64,000 nt of DNA from assembly GCA_000091205.1 (NCBI GenBank), contig AP006490.2, one strand, 5' to 3'. The notes below the pieces were generated by a model that saw nothing but the letters and a program-made list of their open reading frames with translations, searched no databases and was not told the origin of the DNA. The position numbers and the translations under genes are program-made. The DNA comes from Cyanidioschyzon merolae. Its lineage: Eukaryota. Positions 45,050 to 57,200 of the stretch are shown here, piece after piece; positions within the stretch are counted from its first letter, which is position 1, and each line of letters starts with the position of its first letter.

Positions 45050-48000
45050 TTAAAAAATATCGGGGCATTGCGACCAGTCGTAGCGCTGCCTCGCTGACCA
45101 GTAGCGCCCGTTGAAGCTCCACTCGATATCTCCGGACTGGGGGTCGCGCTCCGGCTCAAACCAGAGGGGTTTCCAGGGTTTGCCGGCTTGTTCCCGCGCT
45201 TTCCGGGCGGCGCGTTGTTTTTCCTCGAGTCTCAGTTTCTCTGCGGTTGCTTTGGAGTAGTCCGCGTTCTCCAGGAACCGCTGATCCGGTCGAAACCGAG
45301 AGTCCGTAGGCGGCAACACCACTCGAAGTTCCTCGGTCAACTCGTTCAGTGCAATGGCGAACTGCGTCATATGAAAGGGTCCAGAGGCACCCGGCGGTGG
45401 CTCCACCGGTCTTGTCCAAACGGTTTCCGCACGAAGCACCCGCGGTTGATCCCCGAGCGGCTCCTGCAGAAACTCCACCCGGAGCGCCGACAACCAGGAA
45501 CCCGCGAGCCGCAGAGGACACTCGCGTCCGTCTGCGTCGAAAACTCGACCAGACACCGAACCGTATGTGTCGCGTGATCCCCAAAAGGCTCCAGTCTTGG
45601 TGAGTTTCACCACACACCGGTAACCGTTACGATGGTTCACAAGCACCATTTCCCCGTAATTATCGATCCACATCTTCCCCACGAGAATGTTATGGACACA
45701 AGTAGTCGCTTTCCGATATGTGATGTGATCGTCAAACTCCGGAATATGTACATGGCACTTGCCATACGGGAACACCTCAATACTCTTACCCCAGAACTTG
45801 TTGCGCACCTCACAGGTAGTGTGGTAGACCCAGCGCTTGTCACGACCGACGGCATACGAGGCACTTACCGGCGGATGATGGCTCACTTGTTCACAGAGGA
45901 CGCGAATGGAGGAGGGTTCCGGCGTCACGAATTCGAAGGTCTCCCCCAGGAGCGGGTTAAAGGGTTTTCCGGTGCGACCCAAAGTAGAAGCGTAGTGCGA
46001 CACCGCAAACGCTGCCACCAGGAGCAGACGCAGTGCAGGGTCCACGGTTGCCGCAGCGCGATCCAGGAGCGCTGCACCCTCGACATCCTCGACTAATCGT
46101 TGTAAGAAGGAAATGGGCTCATTAAACACCACAGGTATGGAGATACGGGAGAGATCCTTTCCGACAGCGTCTTTGAGAATGCTCCATAACGAAGGTTTCG
46201 GTGGCGTCTCGCTATCTGAAATAGGAAGGCGCCGACGCGGCTCACGAGGTATCGTCACGAAGGTTTCGTTTTGGGGCACTACTACAGCGGACGCACAGCT
46301 GCTCGAGGTCTCGGTAACAGCCGATGACGTCGACGACTGGAGCTGGTTATCGGCGCTCGCTGGCGGCTGCGTCAACAGGTTTGCTTCGCACAAGTTCGGC
46401 GAACGACGACGGGCCTCCGTGCTCGCCCGTCGGAGACGTTCCAGCACACGCCAAGTGCGCTCGGCTAGTGACTCACTCGATGTCGGTACCCAAGAGGGGC
46501 GTATCGCCGACGAGCCTGGTGTGAGGCTCGTCGCCGATATGCCGGCTTCGACTCCGGTCGCTTCTGTGGCGGTTGCTGTGGACGGGCTCGACCATGGCGT
46601 CGACACGACACTACCAGAGCCAGCATCGAAGAACTCATCGGTATCGCCTGTGCCATCATCCGTATCCGCGACAGAAGCGACGTGTTGACTAGGTGAACGT
46701 GACCGGTCGTTGGTTTCCCATTCAGGAGACGCTTGCGAGAACCATTCGATGCGTTCTAGTTCCCGTAGAAGAGCATCTAGTTGGCGTTGGAGTGCTGCGC
46801 CCTCGGCTTCTGCTCTAAGAGCTCGCGCCCTCTCCGCCACAAGGCGATGTCGCCAGAGAGCCCCGTCTGACTGCAGCACATGAATACACCATGTGAGCAG
46901 CTCAAGAAGCGCGCTCAGCACAGCAACCACATCGTGCGTACCACCGGCTGACTCCGTGGACGGCTCTTCATTCCAGAGGCCTTTCACGAGAACGTGCAAC
47001 AAGTCCGGAGGCGATAACTGGGTTACCGCCTCCCGTACATGCCCTTGAAATCGCACCAGCTCGGCAAGCAGCTCCTCACGAGCCTGACGAGCTTGCAGCG
47101 TTGCCTCGTCTTCCTCACCGAACTCTCGTTCCAGGCGTGCATCCTCGTCTTCTTCATCGTCATCCTCGTCGGTGGCTGTGCGATCGGCTTCAAGTTCCCC
47201 GCGACTACCCGGAGCACTTTCCCGTGAAGCTGCGACAACGACACCGGGAGTTGGACTTCGCTTGCTGGGTTGCCCGTTAGCACCCGGCTCGGACCTGCTG
47301 CTGTGGTGCGCATGTTCACTCGGTGGATGATCTCCGGCCGAGGGGTTCGCGTCTCCGGGGGTATCTCCAACTGCCTTCAGTCGTCGTGCGGCCGCTCTTC
47401 TCGCCAGGCGTTCAAAGTAGCTCTTCGAACGCAGTAATGCATCGAGCCACTGTTGACACAGGTCATTCGATTCGGCCCGCAGATGGTAGATCTGAGTCCC
47501 CGTGTCAATGATCAAACGCGATAACTCCGTATCGTGGCGAGTGATCACTGCCAGCTGCAAATTAATTCGCCCTTTGCACGCTCGTTCAACCTCTGGTGAT
47601 TCAGGAGCATTCCATGAACCGAAAAGTCGACGCGGTGACAGCAGCGATGCCACACCCGGAGCGTTCGGGTTCCCGGAAGCTGCCGCGTTCGACGTAGCGC
47701 TAAGAGCGTGGGCCTCGTCTGCGGCTCCTGCGTGAGCCGTGCGTTCGACGTAGTAGCTGAGCACACCGTTCTCGAGGACGAAGAGTCGACGTTGCCATCC
47801 CTTGAGGTAGTTGGTCCACTTGTAGAGGTGACCTTCCATTCGCGGAACACCACGAAACGGCAGGCGATCGGTTTTCGTGGACTTTAGCCTTCTGCTCGCC
47901 GGCTTGTACTCGTCTTTATCCGCTGCTGGAAGCAGTGACTGGGGCACAGCGTGTTCGGTTACAAGTGTCGTTTCCGTTGGTTCAATGGATGCTTCCTGGG

Positions 48001-48328
48001 CAGTGCTGGGTTGCACTGCAGTCCCTGGATCCGTTTCGCTCGCAACTTCAGCCCCAGGCACGCTGCACGTTTCTCTTTTTGCCTTTTCGTCATCCATTTT
48101 TGGACTTTTTCTACTAGCGCCACATTCAGCGTCTGGTGCACCGCCACTAGTCACAAAGAGACCCTTGTTGTCGTCGACGGCGTTGGACGCGGGCGCCGGC
48201 ACCAGCGTCGACTGCGCTGCTCGGTGCACTGGAGTCAGCTGCGCTAGGTTTTCCTTCGTCAACGTTCTTTCGCGAGCATTCGCATCTAGAGCGTGTTGTT
48301 CCTGTCCTAGAAAAGGGTCCCGTTCCAT
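45050..48328 (-). CDS. OSBP: Oxysterol-binding protein (OSBP/ORP) with PH domain
   Basis: PH-like [30 protein letters not shown], and an ORD with the diagnostic [11 protein letters not shown] fingerprint. Start moved from the TTG call at 48385 to the internal ATG (MERDPF). Confidence 0.85.
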   Translation of the reverse strand: MERDPFLGQEQHALDANARERTLTKENLAQLTPVHRAAQSTLVPAPASNAVDDNKGLFVTSGGAPDAECGASRKSPKMDDEKAKRETCSVPGAEVASETDPGTAVQPSTAQEASIEPTETTLVTEHAVPQSLLPAADKDEYKPASRRLKSTKTDRLPFRGVPRMEGHLYKWTNYLKGWQRRLFVLENGVLSYYVERTAHAGAADEAHALSATSNAAASGNPNAPGVASLLSPRRLFGSWNAPESPEVERACKGRINLQLAVITRHDTELSRLIIDTGTQIYHLRAESNDLCQQWLDALLRSKSYFERLARRAAARRLKAVGDTPGDANPSAGDHPPSEHAHHSSRSEPGANGQPSKRSPTPGVVVAASRESAPGSRGELEADRTATDEDDDEEDEDARLEREFGEEDEATLQARQAREELLAELVRFQGHVREAVTQLSPPDLLHVLVKGLWNEEPSTESAGGTHDVVAVLSALLELLTWCIHVLQSDGALWRHRLVAERARALRAEAEGAALQRQLDALLRELERIEWFSQASPEWETNDRSRSPSQHVASVADTDDGTGDTDEFFDAGSGSVVSTPWSSPSTATATEATGVEAGISATSLTPGSSAIRPSWVPTSSESLAERTWRVLERLRRASTEARRRSPNLCEANLLTQPPASADNQLQSSTSSAVTETSSSCASAVVVPQNETFVTIPREPRRRLPISDSETPPKPSLWSILKDAVGKDLSRISIPVVFNEPISFLQRLVEDVEGAALLDRAAATVDPALRLLLVAAFAVSHYASTLGRTGKPFNPLLGETFEFVTPEPSSIRVLCEQVSHHPPVSASYAVGRDKRWVYHTTCEVRNKFWGKSIEVFPYGKCHVHIPEFDDHITYRKATTCVHNILVGKMWIDNYGEMVLVNHRNGYRCVVKLTKTGAFWGSRDTYGSVSGRVFDADGRECPLRLAGSWLSALRVEFLQEPLGDQPRVLRAETVWTRPVEPPPGASGPFHMTQFAIALNELTEELRVVLPPTDSRFRPDQRFLENADYSKATAEKLRLEEKQRAARKAREQAGKPWKPLWFEPERDPQSGDIEWSFNGRYWSARQRYDWSQCPDIF

Positions 48329-50568
48329 AGTGCCCAGCCGGGGTCCACGCTGCGACCCAGGTCCAGCTGCGTCGCTCCCGTCCAAGGGCGTTGTGCGTCG
48401 AAACGGCGGCGTTTCTAGGGACAGGCCCGCTGGCGCTTTCCCGTACGCTCGCTAGAGGCTTGCTTCTGGGGTGTGTTCCGCCCGCAGCTGGGTATCATGA
48501 AATGCTTTTTCGCCGTTTATAGCAGATGTGTTCAAAGTTCGTTCATTTGGAGAAAAAATATGAGAGAAAGGTATGATGATGATTGTGGGGGGATTCTTAT
48601 GGACCGTCATCGCCATGTACCTGGAAAAAAATCGGAAAAATCCTCTTCTCGCCGAGCATCGAGCGAAGAAGAGCAAGTGACGAGGTCGCAGACCGGACAC
48701 AGGCGAGAAAAGGTGTTTTTCCCGACTGGACAACGTCGAGAGTGTCGTGATACAGCGGGCATGAGTTCGAGAGATCCTCGCTAAGATGCGCTCAACCAGA
48801 GGCAGAGCACGCCTACGTTTTTTATGGCGAGCAGGCTTACATCCCACAAGCTTCAAGTTTTCCATCTTTTTCTTTCAAGGCAAAGCGCCGCGGTGTAGCA
48901 ATTGGTGCGGCTGGATCGACGCGGAAACGTTTGCCGCATTGACCCTAGACGACATGCATTCAAGCTTTGGGACCAAGTTCACTGAACCTGTCGTGCCAGC
49001 GTATCGATTATGTTCGAAAGCCAAGCAGTCCCGGCTTTCTGGGTATCGGTGAAAAGATATTCCATACCGGCATGCTTCCGCTCGTATGCTATGCTTCCAG
49101 AGGCTCCCGCTTCCTCTGCCCTCTCAGGAATGGACCTCAGGCTCGGACTGCGGTCATCAGAGCGAGCGCTTCCAGTGGAAAGCGTTTCATCGCTTTGCAC
49201 GAAGGGCGCATAGACGGATCGATACTGCCAGAGTCCGTCTTGAAGCTGGAGTCTAATTCCAGTCCACTTTTCGTCATGGATAAGATCGCATTCCAGAAAT
49301 TCTCCAATGAATGGAACAGCACGCGCTTGCGTGTGTTGTGGAGGGAGCACTCGCCAAGGAGATCGTCAAAAAAGAAGCCCGCGTTTGCAGGGCATCCGGC
49401 ACACGACACGAAGCAGGGCATCGGGCGGAGCCCTGTGTGTACTCGTCAAAAGAACGTACCGAGCGGTGAAGAAATCGTTCGCGCGCCCCCGGGCGCTGCG
49501 CCGAAGAGAGCGTACGCTGGACGGACGGCAACATCTTACCACGATCAAGAGGCAATGCTCGAAAGGGCGCACGAAACCCTTATTCAATGAAGATGAAGAT
49601 GGCAAGCGAAGCATAGATCGCACCCACCGGCTCTGCGTCAGATACGTGGGCAGCAACTAGAAGCCGCGGAATCGATAGGTAAACGCTGCCATCGACACGC
49701 TTGGACTGCGAAAAACGGAGCCGAAGCGTGAGCCCGGCGTCAGTAAATCCCGGAGATAAGAGATAGAGAGGAATAGCGAGCTGTCGCCTTGAAAGTACGC
49801 AGAGGCTAGTTCCAACGACAACGGAACCCGACCCGAACTTTATCGCACACGCACGAGGAGTCTATGTGAATGCGGTCCGTTTCATTCCAACAAGAGCGTC
49901 CTTGTCGCTGCGTTGCAACAGGCAAAGCGCATTGATACCGTCGACGCAGTGCGGTGCAATTTCTCTCAGGTATCACGAGCTAAATCCTTAAACAAAGCGC
50001 ATATCTCGTCGTCCGGGTTCTGAATCTCAAGTACCCATATCCGAAGATTGAAGATCAAAGCATGATTCGAGCTTGGTCAGCTTAAAGCGGCTGCGAGACA
50101 CCAGCATGCTACGCGGTCGGAAGCGCGCTACCAAAGCTCCCAGCACGCTCTGCGCACTACTGAAACACCCTCCGTGCCTTGCTCGCATTTCTGGCGGAGC
50201 AGGCGCCTGTCCAAACCAAGTTTCTCGGTGTGTCACATGCTGCTGCTGCTGCTGCTCACAGCGTTGTAGACGTGCTCGAACACAGGACGCAGCAGACGAA
50301 CCTCGCATGCCGTGGGCACAAGACGACATGCATAGTATGCTTGACGTACATGTTGTATATAATAGTACAGATATATATTACTTATTATATTAAATGAATT
50401 TAATGCACATAAAGGACACCACGCAGGCAGCAGCTGCCCCTGCGGCTATCGCGGCTACCGAACGCACCACTTCAGACCGTGCTTGGGGCTTGTACTCAGG
50501 AAATTGCCCTGAGTACCCGCCAACGATCCGTCGCTTGTCCGGGGCCAGGACCAGACTGAACGGTGCTC

Positions 50569-53472
50569 ATGGACGTTGGTGTGGAATCGGCTGCGGTACG
50601 TCGCTCGGTGCGAACAAGGAAACGCTCGCTCCGAGCTGAGGAGGCCGCACTCGACGAGGAGCTCCTCCTGGAGCACTTGGACGACGATATTGAAGACATT
50701 TTACGCTACGGTCACGATGAAGATGAAACCGAAAACGATCTAGACTATGAGGCCGAATTCGTTACCGATGAAGCCGACGGCAAGGCCGTGCAACGTCGAA
50801 GCCGTGGGAAAAGACGCCCCAGCGACGCCGACACCGACCGCTCGGCTGTTCGAGACGCTGCAGCTGAGCGACGAGCGGCAGTCCTGCAGGCTGAGAGCGA
50901 TGCCGCGAAAACCTGCTTTCGAGTTCCCACGGACTTGGCGGAGATCGCAGCACTCGAGCAGGCGCAGCTGGCAACCGGCCTTGGCGTTGACTACGCTCGT
51001 GCCTTGCACCTGAAACCGGACCATGTTCAGCGCCCCATTTGGGTGCTACCGAACGGACGAATCTTCCTGGAGGCCTTCTCACCACTCTACAGACAGGCGA
51101 GTGACTTTCTCGTTGCCGTTGCGGAGCCATATTCCAGGCCAGAGTGGATTCACGAATACCTCCTGACGCCGTACTCATTGTACGCGGCGGTGTCGGTTGG
51201 CCTCGAAACCGAGGCCATCCAAACCGTTCTAGAGCGCCTGAGCAAGACTGAACTACCGCTTTCCGTTGTCAAACTGATTGACAAGTGCACGCGCACATAC
51301 GGCAAAGCGAAACTCGTGCTTCACCACAATCGCTACTATGTACAGTCACCGTATCCCGAGGTACTGCGCTTCCTGCTCCAGGATGAGCAAATTGCTAGGG
51401 CACGCGTTCAGCCGGCAGAGGGTGCGGAAGAGTTTGGTCGGATACGTTCAGAGGCGCTTGCTGCTCAAGCCGACGTGCTTCCATGGCAGAACAAACCGCA
51501 GCATAAGGAGCACGAAGCGGAGAAAACAATGGCTCGCGAGCAGCTCATTGAACAACTCGAGCGGCAGCTCGAGGATGACACCGCCAACACCAACTCCAAC
51601 ACCAGCATGAGCACCACCAGCACCGACGATGAAGCGGATCTGCGGTTACCGCAACGACCAACCGGGACCACTGGCAAGCACGCCACTAGCGGAGGACGAG
51701 CCGGGCCCAAGTTTTTATTATCATCATCATCATCGCAGGCACCGCCACGAGACGATGAGGAAAGAGCGTTGGCAGCGGCTCGTGAGCTGGGCCTCGACGC
51801 AACCATGTTTGCGGAACAGACGCGCTTTCGAGACCTGCTCTCCTTCGAAGTTCATCCCATGGAGGTAGATCAAGTGAAACGACGCTGTCTGGAGCTGGAC
51901 TACCCGTTGCTAGAAGAGTACGACTTTCGGAACGATACCGTGAACCCATCCATTGTGATCGATCTGAAACCGCAGACTCGTATCCGCCCGTATCAGGAAA
52001 AGTCACTGGCGAAGATGTTCGGGAACGGACGTGCGCGCTCAGGTGTCATTGTGCTGCCCTGTGGAGCCGGCAAGACGCTCGTTGGAGTAACCGCCTGCTG
52101 CACAATCAAGAAGACGTGTCTGATTCTGTGTACCTCGGCGGTATCGGTGGAGCAGTGGCGACACCAGCTGCTTCTCTGGAGTACCATCGATGAACAACGC
52201 ATCACCCGTTTTACAGCAGAGCAGCGACCAAATGTGCTTGGTGATATTACCATCACCACATACACCATGGTAGCGTTCGGCGGTCGTCGCTCGTCCGAGT
52301 CCGAGCGGCTTCTACAGCAAATCCGTGAACGCGAGTGGGGCCTCATGATCCTCGATGAAGTGCATGTAGTACCGGCGAACATGTTTCGCAAAGTGCTCGG
52401 TATCGTGAAAGCGCATTCGAAACTGGGTCTCACCGCGACGCTGGTACGAGAGGATCTCCTCATTACCGATATCAACTTTCTGATCGGGCCGAAGCTCTAC
52501 GAGGCCAACTGGTTGGATCTGCAACGTCAGGGCTACCTGGCAACTGTGCAGTGCGCGGAGGTCTGGTGTCCGATGACGGCAGAGTTCTACCGCGAGTACC
52601 TGCAACGAGGTTCAGCCAAACGTCGTCTTCTGTACGCCATGAACCCTACCAAGTACCGTACGTGTGAGTTTTTGATGAAGTTCCACGAAGCGCGAGGCGA
52701 CAAAGTCATCATCTTCTCAGACAATATATTCGCGCTGCGATACTACGCGACGCTCCTGCGTCGACCTTTCATCTACGGACCGACTTCACAGACGGAACGA
52801 ATGCGCATTTTGACGCAGTTCCAGCGGAATCCTGTCTGCAACACCATCATGTTAAGCAAAGTTGGCGACACTTCGATTGACTTGCCGGAAGCGAACGTCA
52901 TCATTCAGATCAGTGGACAGTACGGCTCACGTCGCCAGGAGGCACAGCGACTGGGTCGTATTCTGCGTCCCAAGCCGCGACCCGATCAGAACTTTAACGC
53001 ATTCTACTACTCATTGGTGAGTACCGACACCAGCGAGGTGTACTTTGCCGCCAAACGACAGCAGTTCCTAATCGATCAGGGCTATGCCTTCAAGGTCATT
53101 GCGCATATTCCCGAAATGGAGACCAGTCCGAGCACCGGCATGCCCGACAAGGAGAGCGAATTGAATGCATTGGCGGCAGTTTTGGCTGCAGAGGATGCCG
53201 AAGGTGCCGATACCTCCCTGGCCGATGAGCTGCAACGTCGTCGGCTAGCGCAACTGGCCAACGCCCCGGTACCGAAAGCTCGTCGCGTTGTTCACACCAG
53301 CACCCAGAGCTTGACGGGTGCCGGCAACCTGCTCTACGGAGAGTTTACGCACGACGATGCGGTGCCAGCGGCAAGCGTGCCGCCCATGCTTGAACGGCGC
53401 GTTGTTCAGCATCCTCTATTTCGAAGACGTCGTCGACAACAGGCAGCTGCAACGAAACGTGCAAACGACTGA
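50569..53472 (+). CDS. XPB: TFIIH/NER helicase XPB (ERCC3/SSL2)
   Basis: Helicase motif I LPCGAGKT, motif II DEVH, RED-like region, and XPB-specific blocks (IRPYQEKSL; LGLTATLVRED; TSQTERMRILTQF). Start moved from the GTG call to the ATG at 50569. Confidence 0.9.
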   Translation: MDVGVESAAVRRSVRTRKRSLRAEEAALDEELLLEHLDDDIEDILRYGHDEDETENDLDYEAEFVTDEADGKAVQRRSRGKRRPSDADTDRSAVRDAAAERRAAVLQAESDAAKTCFRVPTDLAEIAALEQAQLATGLGVDYARALHLKPDHVQRPIWVLPNGRIFLEAFSPLYRQASDFLVAVAEPYSRPEWIHEYLLTPYSLYAAVSVGLETEAIQTVLERLSKTELPLSVVKLIDKCTRTYGKAKLVLHHNRYYVQSPYPEVLRFLLQDEQIARARVQPAEGAEEFGRIRSEALAAQADVLPWQNKPQHKEHEAEKTMAREQLIEQLERQLEDDTANTNSNTSMSTTSTDDEADLRLPQRPTGTTGKHATSGGRAGPKFLLSSSSSQAPPRDDEERALAAARELGLDATMFAEQTRFRDLLSFEVHPMEVDQVKRRCLELDYPLLEEYDFRNDTVNPSIVIDLKPQTRIRPYQEKSLAKMFGNGRARSGVIVLPCGAGKTLVGVTACCTIKKTCLILCTSAVSVEQWRHQLLLWSTIDEQRITRFTAEQRPNVLGDITITTYTMVAFGGRRSSESERLLQQIREREWGLMILDEVHVVPANMFRKVLGIVKAHSKLGLTATLVREDLLITDINFLIGPKLYEANWLDLQRQGYLATVQCAEVWCPMTAEFYREYLQRGSAKRRLLYAMNPTKYRTCEFLMKFHEARGDKVIIFSDNIFALRYYATLLRRPFIYGPTSQTERMRILTQFQRNPVCNTIMLSKVGDTSIDLPEANVIIQISGQYGSRRQEAQRLGRILRPKPRPDQNFNAFYYSLVSTDTSEVYFAAKRQQFLIDQGYAFKVIAHIPEMETSPSTGMPDKESELNALAAVLAAEDAEGADTSLADELQRRRLAQLANAPVPKARRVVHTSTQSLTGAGNLLYGEFTHDDAVPAASVPPMLERRVVQHPLFRRRRRQQAAATKRAND

Positions 53473-53919
53473 GGCACCGCAACCTGCGTTTGCACCGGTC
53501 GTCTGCACCTAGTCAGCAAGCTCTCCTGAATTGCACGGCTTGTCGGGCGCGACTCGGGCCTCTCACATGTTCGCTCTGCGATAGGAGACGCAGGCGCGCG
53601 GACATAAGCACTGGTGCATGTAAAAACCTCCGGCGATACACAATGCGCTTCTACCCCAGTATGGATGCTACGCGCTGCACCATGAGAGTGCTTCGTTTGG
53701 GATGCTCCTTCGCTGTGAGCAATCACTTGCCTGGTCGGTGCCACCGCTGCCATTGTATACGGATGCAGGGAGCAGTCGCTGGCGATGAACGCAGGTAAAA
53801 GAGCCCGCAAAACATCGCCGTTTATCGGATTCCTCAGCAGGTAAAACATTGTCGCCGAGCAGACGCCACGTCGAAGCGAGCAGGACATTTGCCCTGGTCG
53901 ACGTGATCGGCTGAGGTCT

Positions 53920-54185
53920 GCAGCATCCGCCGTGCTATGCACACACACACACACAAACACACAACGAATGTACAACACGAACGGCAGCGCTGATGCGAAT
54001 GTGCAGTATCCGCCGTGCTATGCACACACACACACACACACACACGAACAGACAACGAATGTACAGCACGAACGGCAGCGCTGATGCGCATGTGCAGTAT
54101 CCGCCGTGCTATGCACACACACACACACACAAACACACACGAACAGACAACGAATGTACAACACGAACGGCAGCGCTGATGCGCA
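53920..54185. repeat. CA-microsatellite-containing ~85-bp tandem repeat x3, between the convergent XPB and SMC5 stops
   Basis: atccgccgtgctatgcacacacacac...gaatgtacaRcacgaacggcagcgctgatgcgMatgtgcagt repeated three times; the VCVCVC-type ORFs on the minus strand are repeat artefacts. Confidence 0.8.
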
Positions 54186-54225
54186 TGACTTGACGTCTCC
54201 TGCAGAGCCGGTCGAAGCGACACCA

Positions 54226-57200
54226 CTACGCTGACGTGGACTCGGAGCTATCACCATCGGCCTGCAACCGCATATGCGGACCGTTCCATACACAATGCAT
54301 CACCAGCTGCTGGTTATACTTCAAATCCAGCAGCAACTTGGGAGAAACGAGCAGCGTCTGCGGAAACTGAGACGAGGCGTCGTCCGAGACTTGTGCCTCT
54401 TCCATCATCATCTGGATGATCGCCCGTTCATTGTGAGGGTCCATCCCTTGGTTGATTTCATCGATCACGCGTATCGGAGGACGTGCATGACGCTGCATGG
54501 CCAACAAGAACAGCATGGTGGCGACCATTTTCTCCCCGCCCGAATGATGCTGTGCGGAGAGCGTTCGAAGCGGTTCATTCGCCCGAAACTGGACCTGAAT
54601 CCGCAACGCGAGGCGCCGAAGCTCCTCGTCCTCAAGCAGGTCCACTTGTCCCGCACAGTGCAGTTGCTGCAAAAGCCGGCTGAAAGCAAGCGATATGGAA
54701 CGAACCAGGGTACGGAGATCACGTAGCCATCGCTGGGATTCCTGGTGGAGCTCACGAAGCGCAGTGGCATGCTGCGCACGTTCTCGTTCTAGTTGCTGGC
54801 GAAGCGCTTCGATCTGTTGCTGCCGTCGCTCATACACCTGGACGACTTCCGCTGAAACGCTGGTGAGGGCATCGGCCCGAGCCTGTGCCCGAGCGATGCG
54901 TTCATCGAGCTCCTCGACGCTGGTCGGGAACTGCCACGCACGGAGCTGCTGTTGCAGCGCTGCTGTAAGCGGTGCGACGGCTTCGGCCTCCTGGCGTTTC
55001 TGGCGCATCCTGCTTTTGGCTTCATCGACGCGCTGACGTGCATCGTCACGTTGTTGTAGGAGGGTCTGCATTTCCAGTGCAGCTGTGGCAAGTGAACGCT
55101 CTCCTGCGCTCAGCAGCCGTTGCTTATCGAGCATGAGCCAGGTTCGCTCAACGAGGGCAGCGATGGCGGCCTGATGCTGTGCAAGTTGCTCGGCACCAGC
55201 AATGACCAGTTGCGCATAATGGTGCGCTGCTTCCGAGGCAGCTCGCTGCCACCGTTTTCGTTTCTCGTCGTCCTTTGCTGTGTTCTGCAAGTCGCGCGCA
55301 ATTGTCTCCATGAGTGAGCGCTGCATGGTCAGTCGTTGTTGCGCGTGGCGGAGTTGTTTCCGATCCTCGAGCAGGGAGGCGAGCTCCTGCTGTAGACTTC
55401 GCTCCTGAATGCGTAGCGCTTTCTCTTGCTCGGCTAGAGCGGCGGCTTGGGCTCGCCAATGTGCCCGCTGGGCATCTAATTGTGCGAGTTGGTCGTCCAG
55501 CTGCGCCACTTGTCGTTCATCAGGCATCGCGTAGAGGCCAGCTCGTCGCCGTTGGAGCGCCTCTACCCGAATCGAAACTGATTCCGCGTTGTAGCGCGAT
55601 AGACGACTCCGGTAGCCGTTCTGCGGCGTGAAGACCGCATACACGCGATGCTTGAGCGCGAGCTCGCGAACATGTCGACCAGCCTCGGCATCAGCGACTG
55701 CAATCAAATGAATTGGTACAGCGTCGGCGAGTGCTTTTTTCAAGTTTTCCGGTGCTTCGAAACAATCGCTGAGAAAGGCACGTACGCCAAGGGGCTCCAC
55801 GCTCGCCACCGGGGCCGGTGGAGCTAACGAAACATCGGGACGCACCAACGCTATCGTATTGACGCGCCAGTGGTTTCGCTGGGACTCTTGAAACACGATT
55901 CGTTCATCCTCGGGATGCTCGAAAACGAACACCACTTCCAGCCAGCCCCCTAGTACCGTTTCCAGCACATCGCTATAGAAAGCGTCGCTGGTGCGAACTT
56001 CCAGCGGCAACGGACCCCAGACTTGACCTCGAAAGCGTCCAGCTTCTCGTTGTGCAGTTATAAACTGGTAACACTCGATAACTTGACTGTGCGGATTCCG
56101 ACGCTGTATCAGCGCGAGTCTCTGCTGCCGAATGTTACGCAGGCGATCGCGTTGGTTCTGAAGCTCTTGGAACTGACTTTGCAACGGAGCCAGATGCTGC
56201 TGTTCCAGGTTGCGCATTGCATCACTTACCGAGAGCAAGCGTTCGGCGATTTGCTGTCGCTCCCGTCGCTTTTCTTCGATGCGCTTCTCGAGTTCCGCTT
56301 CTGTCCCAGTACGTTGCATGAGCGCTGCAAGCTCCGTTTCCAACCGCTCGACCTTGTGCTGGCATCCTTCATAGTTGCGCTTGCGCTCGGCAAGGTCCTG
56401 GGCAAGGCGTGCGAGCGCATCATTGGCCTCATCGAAACGCGCTAGCGCCTCGTTCATATCGGCCTGCTGTTGCCGAGCTGCAACCGATAGGTCACTCAGA
56501 ACTTGTTTCTGGGCATCACGCTCGTGTTGCAGTTGCAGCCACTCCTGCTGCATGGCCCGCAGAGGCGCACAGAGACGCTCCCAGTCTGCACATTTGGCCC
56601 GGTACACACGATCTACGGTTTTGAACGCGTCCCTTGCCGCAATTGCCTCTTGTCGGCAGATCTCATAGATGCAGTACGGTCGGTAGAGGCGCATCTGTTC
56701 GATCTCTTGCAGAAGCGCCTGTCGCTCCTCGTAAAAGCGAAGCTGTGCCTCGAGCGCCTCATTTTGGCGAATCCAGTCTGCAAGTCGAGCTTCATGCGCG
56801 GCAAGACGACTAGCCCAGGCTGCACCATTCGCTTGCTGCTCAGCAAGCGCCTCGAATGCCTCGAGCGCTGCACTGCCGAACACTGCTCGAATCGTTTGCC
56901 GCAAAAGCTCCGTGGGTGTGCACTCGACCAGCTCCGGCACGCGCTCCTGTGGCAGAAACGTGCAGATATTGTCTAGCTGGATATCGTAGTGCGCACAGAG
57001 CTCCTCAATGGTGCGTTTCGAGACCGACTCCCCGTCGAGGGTGAATCCGCCACGACCATCGCGACTAAAGGAGCGTGATATGCGCCGTCGCGTGCCACTG
57101 GCATCCGGGTCGAAGAGTTCTACGTCAATGCGCGCTCGTTCGCAGCCGTGCTTGATGTAGGAGCTGAGCACTGGTGCTCTCGACAAGAGCTCCAGCTTGC

